Shown here piece by piece: positions 28,506-45,020 of a stretch of DNA of 64,000 nucleotides; position 1 is the stretch's first letter; the number at the start of each line of letters is the position of its first letter. The translations under genes and the position numbers were made by a program. The DNA comes from Eledone cirrhosa (Eukaryota), in assembly GCA_964016885.1 (NCBI GenBank), contig OZ024742.1:231136001-231200000 (forward strand), in the 5' to 3' direction. A model generated the notes under the pieces. That model was not told where the DNA came from. It was given only the letters and a program-made list of their open reading frames with translations, and did no database searches.

Positions 28506-29073
28506 ATATACTGATGCGAGTATATTTATATATGTGTATAAGTACATATGTACGTACACGTGCATTTGCATATGTGCGTATATATATATATATATATGTG
28601 TGTATGTATAATTTTCATACACTATATTTTCGTTAATGGATGCATTCACACCGGTCAGCGTATGAGACTAAATCCGAAAACATTACTATTTATGTTTACA
28701 TTTTTATTATTTTTACTATTATCAATACCTTCAGTATTTTTAAGTTTAATCATTTTTCTACTATTAATATCATTTTCCATAGCTCGAAATTATTCGGCCA
28801 TTCTAAAAAGAATATTAGTCTCCTGGTTTTTTCATAACAAGAATTTATTCTCCCGCTTCATATAATCAAGTAATTCTCCTTGCCGCATTTCGCTCATCTC
28901 AAGAGAACATCCTGACACACTACTGTTATGTCTTCCTGTTTTCTACAGGCTATATTTACTTCTGCATCTACAAATTGATTTTTCTCAGTTTCAGATGATC
29001 GCGCTTAGGGTGAAAGCAGAAATTTATTGCTTAAATTTTTTAATCTGTATAATAAAATGTGTGTGGGGGGGGG

Positions 29074-29113
<40 letters not shown>

Positions 29114-29730
29114 ATGCATGTATGTGTGCATGTATATATGATATATCGAAGTATTTAATTGAAGTAAAAAAATATAATGCTGAAAGCTTTCTACAGAACT
29201 TATGCACCCAATTATTTTTTCATATGAATTTATTATTATTATTATTATTATTATTATCATCATCATCATCACCATCATCATTATCATCATTATTATCATC
29301 ATCATCACCATCCTCATCATCATCATTATCATCATCATCATCATTATCATCATGATTATAATGAATAAACTCTAACAGCATTAATATTTATAATGAGGTC
29401 TCTAGATGTTATTTAAAAACATTAATTGGTATTCCCTTGCAATAAATGTAAATATATTTTGTTTTTACAGAAAATATATTTCTTCGTAAAGAAAAGTTGG
29501 TTTATGAATTAAGATATTTATAAATATATATTCTTTATATTTTTTTAATTGTTTTTTTTTTGTTTTTGTAATTTTTTTTTTCTTTTCTTTTCATTTAAAA
29601 AGAAAGTATCTTTACTATTTCAGAAGTCTTAAAATATCGGTCTTCCATTAAACTATTCTTCCAAACTTACGATCGATCCTCCTTTATAAAATATATGTTA
29701 GCGTGTATGTATGTGTCTATCTGTATATAT

Positions 29731-29839
<109 letters not shown>

Positions 29840-29952
29840 TAGACACACACATACATATGTTATATATATATATATATATATAAGTATGTATGAATATGTC
29901 TATATACACACACACATATATATATATATATATAATATATAAGAGTTCCAAG

Positions 29953-30023
29953 TATTTTATTATGCGCATTTCAAAAACGAATATCTTCATGAGATGATAT
30001 CTGCGTTTTCATCAGATAAAATA
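29953..30023 (-). ncRNA. Type I hammerhead ribozyme (family L-like)
   Basis: Reverse complement reads tattttat-CTGATGA-aaacg...cgttttt-GAAA-tgcgca-TA-ataaaata; perfect 8-bp stem I. Confidence 0.8.
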
Positions 30024-30386
30024 GGGATACATGATATGAAGGTTAAAATACACTTGTGAATAGTGAAGTTTTAAATCAACATATATATATATATATATGT
30101 ATGTATATATAGACATATTCATACATACTTATATATATATATATATATATACAGATAGACACAAACATACACGCATACATATATTTTATAAAGGAGGATC
30201 GATCGTAAGTGTCTGTGCAAAGCTGTGAATGCACATCCATTCACAGCTTTGCACTGAAAATCAAACAAACCAACACACACACATACACACATAAACGTCC
30301 ATTCAAAATATACAAGGATTATTTTCCGTTTCTCCCTCTTCGAAGTCTTTTCTAACATTCTATTTCTTCTTTTATTTCCCATTCTA

Positions 30387-30422
30387 TCTTCTGATGTAGG
30401 ACTAGCGTCCGAAATGTTAATC
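30387..30422 (+). ncRNA. Decayed hammerhead ribozyme (family K)
   Basis: tctt-CTGATGT-aggac(tagc)gtcc-GAAA-tg-TT; core has an A>T change. Confidence 0.5.
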
Positions 30423-30563
30423 TTATTTTCCTATTATATCAAGCTTTAAACTAATATATATCTTAATTGTACTGTATTGTTTGTTTGTTTTTTTTTGTTT
30501 TTTTGTTTTCCGTTTATTCATTGCATATATATGTGTGTGTCTATGACTATGTCTGTGTGCGTA

Positions 30564-30610
<47 letters not shown>

Positions 30611-31429
30611 CTCTCTGTATTTGTCTTTTTTAACCTTAAATTGCATTAACTATAGCATGAGAAGATTCTACACTTCACATTAATATAAGGCTATCTATAC
30701 ACACACAAACACACACACGCGCGCGCGCACACACACACTCATGTATATATGTATGTAAACATTTGTGTTTAAAAATTAGTTGAAGTGGTATTTAATACAT
30801 AAGGTAACGTTCACGTCTTCATTTGAAGTTAAACATTTACAACAGCTTGCTTCCAATAGTTAATCCTCACTCACCTTAAAATCGAAAGTCTGAAACTAGA
30901 GGCCTCTTTTTTGTGATTTGTGGATAAATCATATAAATATTATTTCGCACTTTCGTATAATGATTTTCAGATCGTACAGAGGAAACAATCTTTCCCATGG
31001 CTGATTCTTTTTGTTGTTCCGAACTTCTAGCTGATGTGTGACTGTTTGTCTGATGACAGAGGGTAGGAATGCTTAAAACTGGAGCAGATATCACAACACA
31101 TCTCGAGTGATGTTTTAACAATTCCAGCAATCCATTTCCTTTGACCGGTATTTTGTACATCGACCACGAAACGATAAAAAGCAAAGTTAACCTTAGCCTG
31201 ATTCGAACTCAGAGCGCAGAGCTTATGAACAAATAATACGAAGCATTCAATCCAACACTTTAACGCCCAGGTTCGATAAAATATAGTGCCAATTAAATAC
31301 TAGGATAAATTTCCTCTACGTTCTCCTCCCTTCAACTTGCACCAAAATTAGAACCAAACATTTCATGATCTCTACACTTAATGGATGGATTAGGGTGACG
31401 GATCAGTAGAATTGGTGGACAGACTTATA

Positions 31430-31650
31430 TAATGATTTCTAGTATAGGCACAAGGCCAGTAATTTGGAGAGAGGGGAAAGTCGATATAATCGAACTCAGT
31501 GCAATACGGGTACTTTATTTTATCAACCCCGTAAGGATGAAAGGCAAAGCTAACCTCGTCGGGATTTGAACTCAGAACGTAAAGGAGCGTAACTCTATGC
31601 TGCAAAGCATAGCGTCCGATCCTCTACCGATTCTGCCAATCCACCGCCCT
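31430..31650 (-). mobile_element. S1 SINE; further decayed S1 copies follow to ~32215
   Basis: Reverse complement of the S1 consensus. Confidence 0.85.
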
Positions 31651-32474
31651 CAGACAGTGATTTATTGACATCGTGTCATTTGTTCTGGCTCTTTATATTT
31701 TGAGTTAAAATCCCACCGATGTCAACTTCCGGTATCAATGCTAAAAAAAGTAAGAGACAAGCGTTGAAGCTGATTTAACCAAATTTGCCCTTCTCTCAAA
31801 TTTGCTGGTCTTCTGTCTGAATCAGTAAACCATATTAATGGGCGAACTAACGGTTAGAGTCTTTAGACTGTCGAATATAATACATTGTATATTTGTCTGT
31901 CTCTCTGTGCTCTGCCGAGGTAACTTTGCCTTTCATCGGCAATGTCAAGTACTAGTCAAGTAATTAGGGTCAAATTAGTTGACTTTCTCCTCCTTGCAAA
32001 TTACTAACCTTGCGGCTAAATTAGAAACAAGAGGCGGGGTGAAAGAATCGTTAGAGCGTCGAGAAAATGCTTTCTAGAATTTCTTACAGCTTTTTATCTT
32101 CTGAGTTCAAACTCAGGGCGTCGATAAAATAAAACACCAGTCAAATTCTGTGGCCGATTCAATCTATTTTTCCTTTCATCTAAAATATTGCTGGCCTTGT
32201 TCGTAAATTTCAAACAATATTAATACATAACCCGTAACTGGTTAATAATCTCATATCTGGAAATATCCTGCTTCAAAAGTCCTAATAATTTCGCTTCATT
32301 GGCATCAACAATGCTTACAAGAAGAACTTCTACCTTAAATAATCTTATTTTGCTTCTCTTGTAAACTTGTGTAAGTATAAAACATTTACACTCATTAAAT
32401 AAATGCTTCTTAATCTCATTAATAAAATTTAAAAAAATAAAAATACACCGCTTTTTCTGTTTGTTCATATACAT

Positions 32475-32562
<88 letters not shown>

Positions 32563-32566
32563 ATAC

Positions 32567-32628
<62 letters not shown>

Positions 32629-32629
32629 A

Positions 32630-32714
<85 letters not shown>

Positions 32715-33309
32715 CAAAAAAGCTCCTTCTGTATTGTAGCTTTTAGAAAACAGTGAAGATAATCGCGCACGCAACGCCGCCGAGAAAGGCTTCGTCCAAA
32801 GACTTGCAAACGGGAGGGTATGAAACAAATATTATTATCACTAACATCCTCACCTCATAGGAAGGAATGATTAGTTCTCACACACTCACTTTCACACTCT
32901 CTCCTTTTTATTAATATTATTAGTAGTATCATGCATTCTTCACTGGAAACTTTTACCTATTTTCTATGATTGCAACGACGTTCGCAAGTAGCGATGCAAT
33001 AAAGGACGTTGTCAGTAAGCAATACATTGTTTCTTTTTATCTCAGACCCCTCTGGATATTATCTTATCACTTAAGGTTATAACAAAGCACTCGCATTTTT
33101 GTTCGTTTCTTACGTAATTAGATTCATCAGATCTAAATCTATCACCAGAGTTTTTTTTTTCTCAAAAGCTCCTACATGGAAACTAACAATAGCAGTAGTG
33201 CACATTACAGCATCCATATTTGTGTCAAACCCACCACCTTTATTATACATTCGGCACCTATACTGAGAGCACTCCAATATGTATTGTTACATATTCCATC
33301 ATGCATACA

Positions 33310-33340
<31 letters not shown>

Positions 33341-33363
33341 GTATATATATATATATACATATA

Positions 33364-33435
<72 letters not shown>

Positions 33436-33505
33436 TGAATGTATATATATATATATATATGCAAACAAATGTATGTATATATACGTACATATACATATAT
33501 ATATA

Positions 33506-33640
<135 letters not shown>

Positions 33641-33749
33641 GTGTGTGTGTGTGTGTGCGTATGTGTGTTTCTTTAATTTCTTCCTATTTTCACAAATTGC
33701 TTGTATAATATATATGCTGTTTCTTCATTTTTCTAGTCTGTTTATCTAG

Positions 33750-33811
<62 letters not shown>

Positions 33812-33860
33812 ACATATATGTATGTATATGTGTATATATATGTGTGTGTGTATGTGTATT

Positions 33861-33915
<55 letters not shown>

Positions 33916-34117
33916 TTACAATAGAGATTATATATCACTCAACGTGTTAGTTTATCTAAATGTGAGTTTCTGACAGCTTCTGGATTCATAACAGTGGAAA
34001 ACAAATTACATGGAGGGGCGGAAACATGAAGGGGTGAGGAGAGATGGATGACATTGAGGAGGTGACGTTGATGACGACCAAGAAGATTACGAAAACGAAA
34101 TGCCATATTACATAGTA

Positions 34118-34224
<107 letters not shown>

Positions 34225-34465
34225 AGCGAGAGAGGGGAATATTATTGATTAAGGATTCTATAGTCATTTAGATTGATTGTGTGTGTGTGCAAGTGTAACT
34301 TATATAATAGTATGGTTAACCCTACGTTTTCTATATTTTGGTTTAACGGAAGACAAAGGAAAAAGAGAACTCACGACTTGCGTTTCAATAAATATATCAG
34401 CTTGGTTTTAATAAACCATTCGTTGACATAGTAATGATATGTATATATATATATACATATATATA

Positions 34466-34570
<105 letters not shown>

Positions 34571-35518
34571 CACAGACAGAGAGAGCAGGGGATATCAGGG
34601 ATTATGGATTCTATAGTCATATAGATAGATTGTGTGTGTGTACATGTGTAACTTATATTACAGTCTGGTTAACCCTGCGTTTTCTATATCTTTGTTTAAC
34701 GAGAGACAAAGGAAAAAGAGAGCACACGACTTGCGTTTCAATAAATATATCAGCTTGGTTTTAATAAACCATTCGTTGACTCACAGTTATTCAGTAACGT
34801 AACAGTAGAGAAGAATGTCGTGCTAACTTTTGTAAAACCTGTTAACAACAACACACTTATTGATCACGTAATCCTAAAACTCTTGTAGAATTATCCACGG
34901 TGACCGGAGATAATGAGAAACTTCTCAATTTCAATCTGTTAGAGCTTTACGACACTTTTCTGATCTTGTTCAATGTGTGTTTCAGCATGTCAGAAACTGC
35001 TTCGTTTGACGTATCTTAGAGTATTTTAGTTAAAATGCTATCAATCAGAAGAATCATTAAAGATCTTCAATCAAACTTCGGTTATATGACATTGTTTCAA
35101 TTGCTACAGAATTTGCTTTGTTCTACACTCGCTTCTTTTATATTTCGTTAAGTCTTCGTGAGATTATCCGAAAGTCTTTACCTTTTCTTTCAATTCTCTC
35201 TTTTCAACGAGAACTGAATTTAATTAATATCCACATACCAACGTTGACAATACAAACAAATACGACGACGACCATGACAACAAAGATGATGATATAATCA
35301 CTACTACTACTACTACGACGACGACGACGACGACGACTACTACTATTACTATTACTACTGCTTCTACTGCTGCTGCTACTGCTACTACTACTACTACTAC
35401 TACAATTATTAATAATAGTAGTAGTATCATCATGCACGTGGTCACGATCATGACAATGCTTCGGAGGAAAAGAATAGTTAGTTTGAAACTTCTGTAGGTA
35501 AAGATGAACCCTCCCAAA

Positions 35519-35552
<34 letters not shown>

Positions 35553-35654
35553 CGTGTGTGTGTGTGTGTGTGTGCGTGCGTATGAGTGTGTGTGTGTGTG
35601 TGTGTGTAATTATAATGTAAAGATGTGCTGCAATGGTTTAGTAACGAAATAGTT

Positions 35655-35847
35655 ATTAATTGTTTCTACTTTTGGCACAAGGCCAACAATTACCCCAGTG
35701 CATTACTGGTACTTTATTTTATTTACCACGTAAGGATGAAAGGCAAAGCTAACATCAGCGGGATTTGAACTCAGAACGCCAAGGGCCATATGCTATGCTG
35801 CAAAGCATGGTGTCTGACTCTCTACCGATACTGTTAATCCACCGCCA
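35655..35847 (-). mobile_element. S1 SINE
   Basis: Reverse complement of the S1 consensus. Confidence 0.85.
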
Positions 35848-37044
35848 TAGTTATCAATGATGTGGTGAAAGTTTCCATTAAATTATTATTATTAGACCTC
35901 TGTTAGTCCGACTATAAAGATAATCCGGCATGGATCTGAAACCAAGGAACTGGAAAATCAATTATGTACCCTTATGGCATTTTCGTGCACCAAGCGTCCT
36001 TGTGTGGTCTTCCATATTATTTAGATATACATTAATTTGCAGTGTGTCTTCAGTAATATAGTTAATGCTCATCGCGAAAGTGATGTATGATCCAGAAGTA
36101 TAATACTTCTTATATTTTACGTGAAGTATGTTAGACAAACCTTTACTATGACATTTTGCTGCAGCAGGCGTCTCTGGGTAATATACCACAATCATTATTA
36201 CCCCAGTTAAGTTATACACTAATGTGCTGCATATCTTCAGTAAAGTCATTTTTGTTACTACCAAGTGATCCGTCTAGAAAGATAGATTTAATTGAGACAT
36301 TCAGAGAATAATGCATTTTTCCCTGTCATGTTTCAAAGATTGATAGTTTTCATTAAGACTTCTTTTTAAACTCTACACAAAACAGATAAATCTTTTACTC
36401 TGACATCTTCTGTATTGTCATATATTGTCTAATGATATTTTTCTGCTCTATCTTGAATGACAATCTGAAACTAGCAACTATCTTTACAGATACAGGTCTG
36501 AATTAGACCAACTTCCATTACGAAATACTGCATATGTGAGTGTGTGCATATGTATGTGTGTGGGGGTGCGTATGTTTGTGAGTATGTGTATGTTTGCGTG
36601 TGTGTGTGTATGAAGTGGTTTAGTGTTGCTCTAGTCCACTCAGCTGGTGTAAATGCTGACTCTCCCAGAAAACTTCGTTAAAGTTAGGTGTGTTTGTGGA
36701 ATTCAAAGACACTTGAACATTAACTTCACCAGCAGGCTGTTTCGTTGTTCAAACCACAAACATAGTCTTCAGTAGAAATGACGAAGTTGTGTGTGTGTCA
36801 TAATCAACAAGTAATGAAAGAGCTCTGTATCAGAAGAGTTATATAGTTATATAAAAAAGATATTATACAACAGAATATATTATCAAATTTGCAAATATAA
36901 ACACCAACATATGTGTTAAGCTTCTTTTCCTCAGTTGTACACATACTCACACACACTCACACACACTCATACACATGTGTATATATATTATATATAGAGA
37001 GAAAAAATATGCGTGCGTGTATATATATATATACACACACACAC

Positions 37045-37088
<44 letters not shown>

Positions 37089-37636
37089 AGATAAAGAGAG
37101 AGAGAAAGAGAGAGAGAGACATACGCTCACTTATATATCACATACATACGAATATACATACATGCATTCATATACACATGCGTACGTTACATACATATAT
37201 TCATACAAATCTGGTGGTAAGCCCGCGAAAAGCAGGTAATATGCCCTGGTCAGGTGTGAAATGTTGCATCACTCCACCAACACTACCTAGCCCCCGCCAC
37301 GAAAGCTATTACAAGGTTCAGGCTGAATATAAAATGTATGCCTATGCAAAGCTAATCGTAGGCCAAGGTTAATTGTGAAACGTAGCGTTCCCTCAAACCT
37401 GGTAATAGGTCCAGGCCAGATGTGAAATGTAGAATTTGAAACTGGATAACGGGAATTTATATGCTTTAAATCAAGGCTCATTGCGGACATCTAACAATGA
37501 CTGACCTTGGCTTTTGCATTTGGACAGTGTCTCTCCAAGATACATGCCTGGGAAAGGTGTTTTGTGAAAGACCAGCAATCACCCATGCATTCTAATCTCC
37601 CCTCTCCATGCCACCGTTGCTATCCAAGAATATATT

Positions 37637-37714
<78 letters not shown>

Positions 37715-37734
37715 CGTGTGTGTGTGTGTGTGTA

Positions 37735-38125
37735 TTTGAATTTCGTATTTCAATAAATATTTAGAAAGCCGTAACTATGCAAAAGCCCTGGCAGCTAACG
37801 GCACCAAGCGGTGTCCAGCAGAAGCAAGGAGGGCAATCGTCGATACATTTCGAACTGAACCGGCTCTCATCAGGACGATCTCTCCCACTCTTGCAACTTC
37901 TGGACTTTGAAAACAGACGAAAATATATAGTTTTTTCGTCTGTGTAAATGAGATGATTAATCTCATTTGCATATGAAGCTGTATAAGGTAGTTCAACTTA
38001 TAATAGAATAGAATTAGAATTTAGCTTCGAGCATAGCTGTATACAGATATGTATTGAAACTGCATATTTCTAAAGAAATACGGTATGTTTATAAATAAAC
38101 ATTTAGAAAGCCGTAGCTATGCATA
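37735..38125 (-). mobile_element. Family J HHR element, ~342-nt unit with terminal redundancy
   Basis: ttagaaagccgta repeated at 37761 and 38103; homologous to 25137-25375. Confidence 0.8.
37836..37879 (-). ncRNA. Type I hammerhead ribozyme (family J)
   Basis: Reverse complement reads atcgtc-CTGATGAG-agc..gttc-GAAA-tgta-TC-gacgat. Confidence 0.88.
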
Positions 38126-38141
38126 TATATTAACTGCCAGA

Positions 38142-38474
<333 letters not shown>

Positions 38475-38598
38475 TCTTCATAGGTACATTTTAAACTTAT
38501 AGCCTCGTTTAATTGTTGATTTTGTGTGTGGTTGATTATGCTGATTGGGAGGAGAAATATTGTATATATTTTATCAAATGATTCTAAGGACTTACTTT

Positions 38599-38660
<62 letters not shown>

Positions 38661-41237
38661 ACTGTTCAAGGGAAAGGCAAAAACGATCCAGCTTGACACC
38701 AATGCCATTACCATTCATATATACACTATATACACACTATACATGTTGTCCAAGAGAAAGGCTAAAAGCTGATTCAGTGTCGTCACAACTTATATGCACA
38801 CTATATGCACACTATATATGGTGTTATTCAAGGAAAAAGCAAAGATCGATACCGCTTGGCACAAGTGTCGTTGCAATACATTTTCCATGTGGCTGGACTG
38901 GAATAACGTGCCACTCAATCCGGGAATCGAACTCATAACATTACGATTATGAGCCCAACATGTTCACCACTAAGTCACGCATTTTCATGCACACACTCAC
39001 ACGACCTATTAGAAGTGATCTATGCAACAGATCTAACGGGAGATTAATACTTAATAGTAATGCATGTGACATTTCACACATTGCATATACATACCAATGA
39101 GTTCACTGGTGAGCTATCCCTGAGGTGTCTAGTGACCTATCCCTGGATATCTGATACTCTTATCAAAATTGTATCTGATAAATACATGCGTATATTTAAC
39201 TGAGTAACAGGGCATGGTGTATCTTTATTTCATGTATACTCACGGGTGTATATAAACACACACATGCACATATATACACTTCACTCGTGTGCGCATTTCT
39301 ATCTTGCATATATATATATATGATGGCTGCCCCCTCGTTATAGAGTATGGCCATTGCACGTTATACCATTATTAATAATTCTTAATTAATTCTATTCTGC
39401 AATGCCTGTGCGTGAAGATATTTTTTAAGGTGGGGAAAGACTGTGCACTGAGCCAATCCCATCTCTGAGCGACAGTAGTTATAACCTGAAAAGAAGAAAA
39501 GATCAACATCATCGGTAACTACTGAGCCGCAGGTTTTATGTCGGAGTTAACCCAGTTTCCTGAGTTGCCTTCTCTTAGAAGAATGCCCTGACAAAGGCTA
39601 GGGGTCCTTCACTCCCAGTGGTTTAACCGCGCGATCGGGTGTCCAGCCCGACTTTTTCTATGTCCCCGCGTATGTACATTCACATGTACCCATATATTTA
39701 CACATATACATATACATACATATGTACACGTGTATATACATATTAACACACTTTTGAATGGCCGTTGGCTCTTATGAGTTCTTCCGCCCTTTGTCAGGTT
39801 TTGTTTTTTTGTCCTGCAGGGTGTCCAAAATCACTCTCCTCACCAAGTAAACTTGGTGGGGTTGCCGGTTTAGTCGCCGAAGACCCGACCATGTGACAGG
39901 TTGTACTGGATTATATGTTACCAGTAGCACTCAAGAGTCCCCGACATATACATACATACATACATGGTGGCTGCCAACTCGATTTTGAGTACGGCCACTA
40001 CTTTATATCCCTACCGATGTGCTGAACAAGTGTGACTTTTTAGTCCAGCCAGCGACTTGAAAACTCTGGTACAAACACTACACTTGTGTCAATTATTGAC
40101 ACATAGTGCTGGGCTCATGGTACCATGTGATGACACGTGCAGAGAGATCTCCAGATATAAAGTAATGCCTGTGTCGTGTAGCTTTTATAGTGAGCAAAGG
40201 CACTGCACAAAGCCAGTCCCACTCTCTTAACCAGCATATTTACCAAAAAGAACAAGTCAACATACATACATACATACATACATACACATGCATACAAACA
40301 CACACGCAATACACACACACACACACACACACACACAAATAAACACCCATACACATACACAACCCATTCTTAACTGTGCAAGCACGTATGTTTGTGTATA
40401 TTTCTGTCTTGCAAACTTGCAATTATATAAAATAGATTGATCGTCTGTCGGTTACGACTGTGAGTAATCCACCTGTTCACTAAATAAACTGTTTAATTAA
40501 TCTATTAGCAGGTAAAATGACTGAATATCACAGACAACGGTACCTATAAGGCAATTCTTTGACAAATTTAGCGTGACACAATCTTTATATACATTTCTAC
40601 AATTCTGTCACAACGCGTAAAGAGAGAGTAGTTTAACTACCTCATACTACTCCTCTCTATTTACGTCTGCTGCCTGCGTGAATGTATGTGCGTGTAAAAA
40701 GAAGGAAGGGATGGTGAAAAAAGTATAGTAAAATAGCGGCTGGCGTTCCATGTATGTGTGTATGTGTTTGTGTGAATGAATGTGTGTGTTTCTGTGAATG
40801 TATGTCCAGAGTGCGTATTTTTCTAAGTGTGTTTGTGTTTGAACGTTTGTATTTATAAACTCATACATATAAATGTATGCATATGCACATATACACATGA
40901 ACACACATATACACATACACGTCATCGTGTTGAAAGAAATCCTAGTGTGTAATAAAGCTAGCCTATTAAATCACAAGTATGGCCCATCTATTGAGCTTCT
41001 AGGCGGTTTCCATCTACCAAATTTCAGTCGAAAACTGAATTGACCCAAAACTATGACAGAAGACATTTGCCAATGATGACAACCTGTGGAATCGAACCCA
41101 TGGTTGCAAAACGAACTTCTTAAGTACTCGACCAAACCTGTATCTTTATAGAGAGCAATATGCAGGGGTGCACGGACACACACGCACACACATTGAACTG
41201 CGCACGCATGTATGTTTATTCATTTTAAGTATCGTTA

Positions 41238-41238
41238 G

Positions 41239-41276
<38 letters not shown>

Positions 41277-41710
41277 TTTACGTCCGCTTTTCCCTACTTG
41301 CAAGGGTTGGACGAGTCCTATTCAGCACAGCATTTCTCCACTTGTTACGGTCCTTCGTCATCTCCTCTGTGAGTTTCAGTGATCTGGGGTCTGCTCTCAC
41401 CACCTCTGCCCATGTTTTACGTGGTCTACCTCTTCTGCGTCTTCCTTCTACTGGGATTTCTTGGCACTTCTTTACCCAGCGGTCATCCTCCATGCGCATC
41501 ACATGTCCATACCATCTCAGCCTTCTCTCCTGCACACCACAACTTATCTCTCTTATACCCAGTTTCTTTCTCAACTCGTCCATGCATGGTCGTTCACGCA
41601 CATCCAACAGAGCATACTTGCTTCATTTCTCTCCAGCCGTCACATATCCTCTGCAGTTGCCGCCCATGTCTCACTACAATGCAGCATCGCGTATCTCACA
41701 CAGGCATCAT
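41238..41710 (-). mobile_element. RTE-clade LINE 3' end with (TGA)n tail
   Basis: RRLRWYGHVMRMEDDRWVKK...GRRRRGRPRKTW; stop codon followed by a (gat)n tail. Confidence 0.9.
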
Positions 41711-41889
41711 ATAACCGTCGTAGATGTGTATAATAAATGGCGGCGAATTGGTTGGGTCGTTAGAACGTTGGATAGAGTGCGTTATAGTTTTATTTCGGCT
41801 CACTCTCTGAGTTCAAATCCCACCGCGGTCAAATTTGCCTTTCATCCTTTTGAGGTCGATAAAAAAAGTACAAGTCTAGTACTGGGGTC

Positions 41890-41928
<39 letters not shown>

Positions 41929-42127
41929 AAGAAATCTGCTGTATTCAGACCTGGAGAGGAGATGGGCTCCGCCAGGTTTAAAAGATTCCCTAGAAACGCT
42001 GTATGTCAATATGGCGCATCCTACGACTCCTCAGGATTTGCAGATTCATACCATACCATAAATAAAGAAAATTATTTAACTATGCACGTACGTGTATACA
42101 TTTCTCTCGTGTTTTCTTGCCGGTGTA

Positions 42128-42197
<70 letters not shown>

Positions 42198-42670
42198 ATA
42201 ACCCTAGGTCCGATGCGATATGTAAGAGCCGGTTTCAAATTGCTCATTAAGAATTTTGTTAATCAGTACTAGATACATATAATTAATGCATGGCTCATGG
42301 ATGTGCATATGTGTGTGTCGTTGTTTATATGAGAGAGAGCGTGTGTGTGTGTGTGTGTGTGTGTGCGTGAGTGTTTGTGTGTGTGTGTGTGTGTTTATAC
42401 ATAATTAATAGACCAGAATAAAATGTAGTACAATTTGAGTCCTCCCTCTCCCTACCCCGGGGCTGCCCTACACACATACATACAAGCACACGTGCACGCA
42501 TGTGCAAACATTTTCCATGTATACTTGCAGGTGTGGATAAACTCTCTCACACATCTTTCATATATACTTACTTGCAAGTGTAGATAAACTATCTACATCA
42601 CATTGACCCACAAACACACAAGCGCATAGACATGCACGCATTATATTATACCATTGAAACATGTGTGTGT

Positions 42671-42778
<108 letters not shown>

Positions 42779-43155
42779 CTGTGTGTGTGTGCTTGGAGTG
42801 GTATCAATAGTTTAAACGTAATTATGTCAACATAGTAATGAGGAGATATCTATCAGATGGCCAACCTGATTAAATAGTTATACCTTCTCTCTCTGTTATG
42901 TTGTGAGGTCGGCTTAGCTGTGACTGGCAGGCAGCTGGTCTTTCCTGGCAACTTTACAAGAGAAAGCCTATAGCTAAACCAATTTATTTGTAAATCTACA
43001 TTGCTGAACCTATTACAACATAGAACAGTAAGTAAATAGATCCTCCGTTTGTTTCGGCGATGGTTATTCTAGTTGTTTAATCAAGTGAATTGTCTGCTCT
43101 TTGTATGATCGAGCAAATAATTGAATATTCCACAGGTATCAGTAATTTAAATGTA

Positions 43156-43326
43156 CCGTATTTCCCGGCGTCGAAGACGCTACTTTTTTCCTAAAATAAG
43201 TCTCAAAAATCTACCATGCGTCCTAGAGGCCAAAGGTTGTTTATTCTTTTTTTTTTTCAAATTTTTGTTTGTCAAAGTTAGGGTGCGTCCGCGAGGACGA
43301 AGCGTCTTCGGCGCCGGGAAATGTGG
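43156..43326. mobile_element. Tc1/mariner-superfamily MITE
   Basis: ~25-bp TIRs ccgtatttcccggcgtcgaagacgc / gcgtcttcggcgccgggaaatgtgg with TA on both sides. Confidence 0.85.
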
Positions 43327-43894
43327 TAATCCTTGTACAGAATCTCTCAGAGAATCACATTAAGAATACATATGGTTGTGAAATGTTCAATCATTTGCAC
43401 GTTAATTTCAGGAGAAAACTGATCCGTTGATCAAACAAATTGGAAGACTCATCGTTGGAAACGACGGAGGTCCAGCATGCGAGCGTACACACTCACACAT
43501 ATTTATATATAGATGAATCGGAATGTCAATTATATTGTTTCCTTTATAGTTGATGTACCTATTGTATGTATGTATGTATGTATGTATGTATGACCCACAA
43601 ACACACAAGCGCATAGGCATGCACGCATTATATTAGGAAACAATATAATTGACATTCCGATTCATCTATATATAAATATGTGTGAGTGTGTACGCTCGCA
43701 TGCTGGACCTCCGTCGTTTCCAACGATGAGTGTTCCAATTTGTTTGATCAACGGATCAGTTTTCTCCTGAAATTAACGTGCAAATGATTGAACATTTCAC
43801 AACCATATAAGGAACGATCGACATTCGTCAAATAGGATATATATATATATATCTCTAGGGAGTGTAACTTGGAGTTACTGTAGGTGTATATCGA

Positions 43895-44051
43895 CGACAG
43901 TCTATCGACTTTCGTCAAATAGTCTTTATCGGTCGCAACTCCAGGTAGAAGGGACAACGTAAAATAAAGTGTCTTGCTCAAGGACAATACGCATCGGTGG
44001 TCCGGGAGTCGAACTCACAACCTCACGATTGCGAATCCAATTCTCTAACCA

Positions 44052-44055
<4 letters not shown>
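43895..44055 (-). mobile_element. S2 SINE (partial)
   Basis: Matches 4660-4882. Confidence 0.75.
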
Positions 44056-44122
<67 letters not shown>

Positions 44123-44199
44123 AGAGAGAGTTCGAAATAACAAATAAACAAACAAACGCAGGAGTAAATGTTACATGGTGTTATTAGCTTCACACACTA

Positions 44200-44260
<61 letters not shown>

Positions 44261-44304
44261 CGTGTTAGTGTGTGAAGCTAATAACACCCCTCTCTCCCCC
44301 ACTC

Positions 44305-44357
<53 letters not shown>

Positions 44358-45020
44358 TGGGGGTGTACGCTTTCTTTTATCATCCTGTCTAAAATAATGT
44401 AATTACAAACTAACGTAATTAAATTGGTTTATAAAACTTTTTCACCTACGTCGTCAAACTTGGAAAAACTGCATTTTAGACAAAAATCAACTGGGTTTGT
44501 GTGCTATTTTTTTTTTTATTATTTATTAAACCTAAGTAGATAAGTTGACTGCACTTATGTTTTGTCTTTGATGCCCCACCTTTCCATATAACAAAGATCC
44601 ACACAGATGTTGATCAAATACCTACTACACAGACAAAATTAAGTAAATCACATTGTTTTATTCTCACTACATAGGGACAGGTATGGCTGTATGATTAAGA
44701 AATTCGCTTCTCAACCACGTAGTGATATATTGAGAAACTGCCTCGGGGTAAACATTGCCTTGTGAGCGAAATTTATTAGCCAAGAAACAGGAAAAAAAAG
44801 CCCGTCGTGTGTCTATATATATATATATATATGTATTTTAATTATGTCTCATATAAAATAATAAAACTGGCTATCCGCAAAATACGATATAGTTAGCACC
44901 CCAAACGTATAATTGGGATTATACTAAGGTATATCCTAATGTTTGTTGAGTGAGACGGAAGCCGGTCGGAGTATTGCTTAAAGCTTTCTCTGTTAATGTA
45001 TTAAATATATATATATATAT

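Noticed and set aside
35962-36264. 100-aa minus-strand ORF in unique sequence
   Set aside because: No recognisable motif and no convincing splice or frame support.
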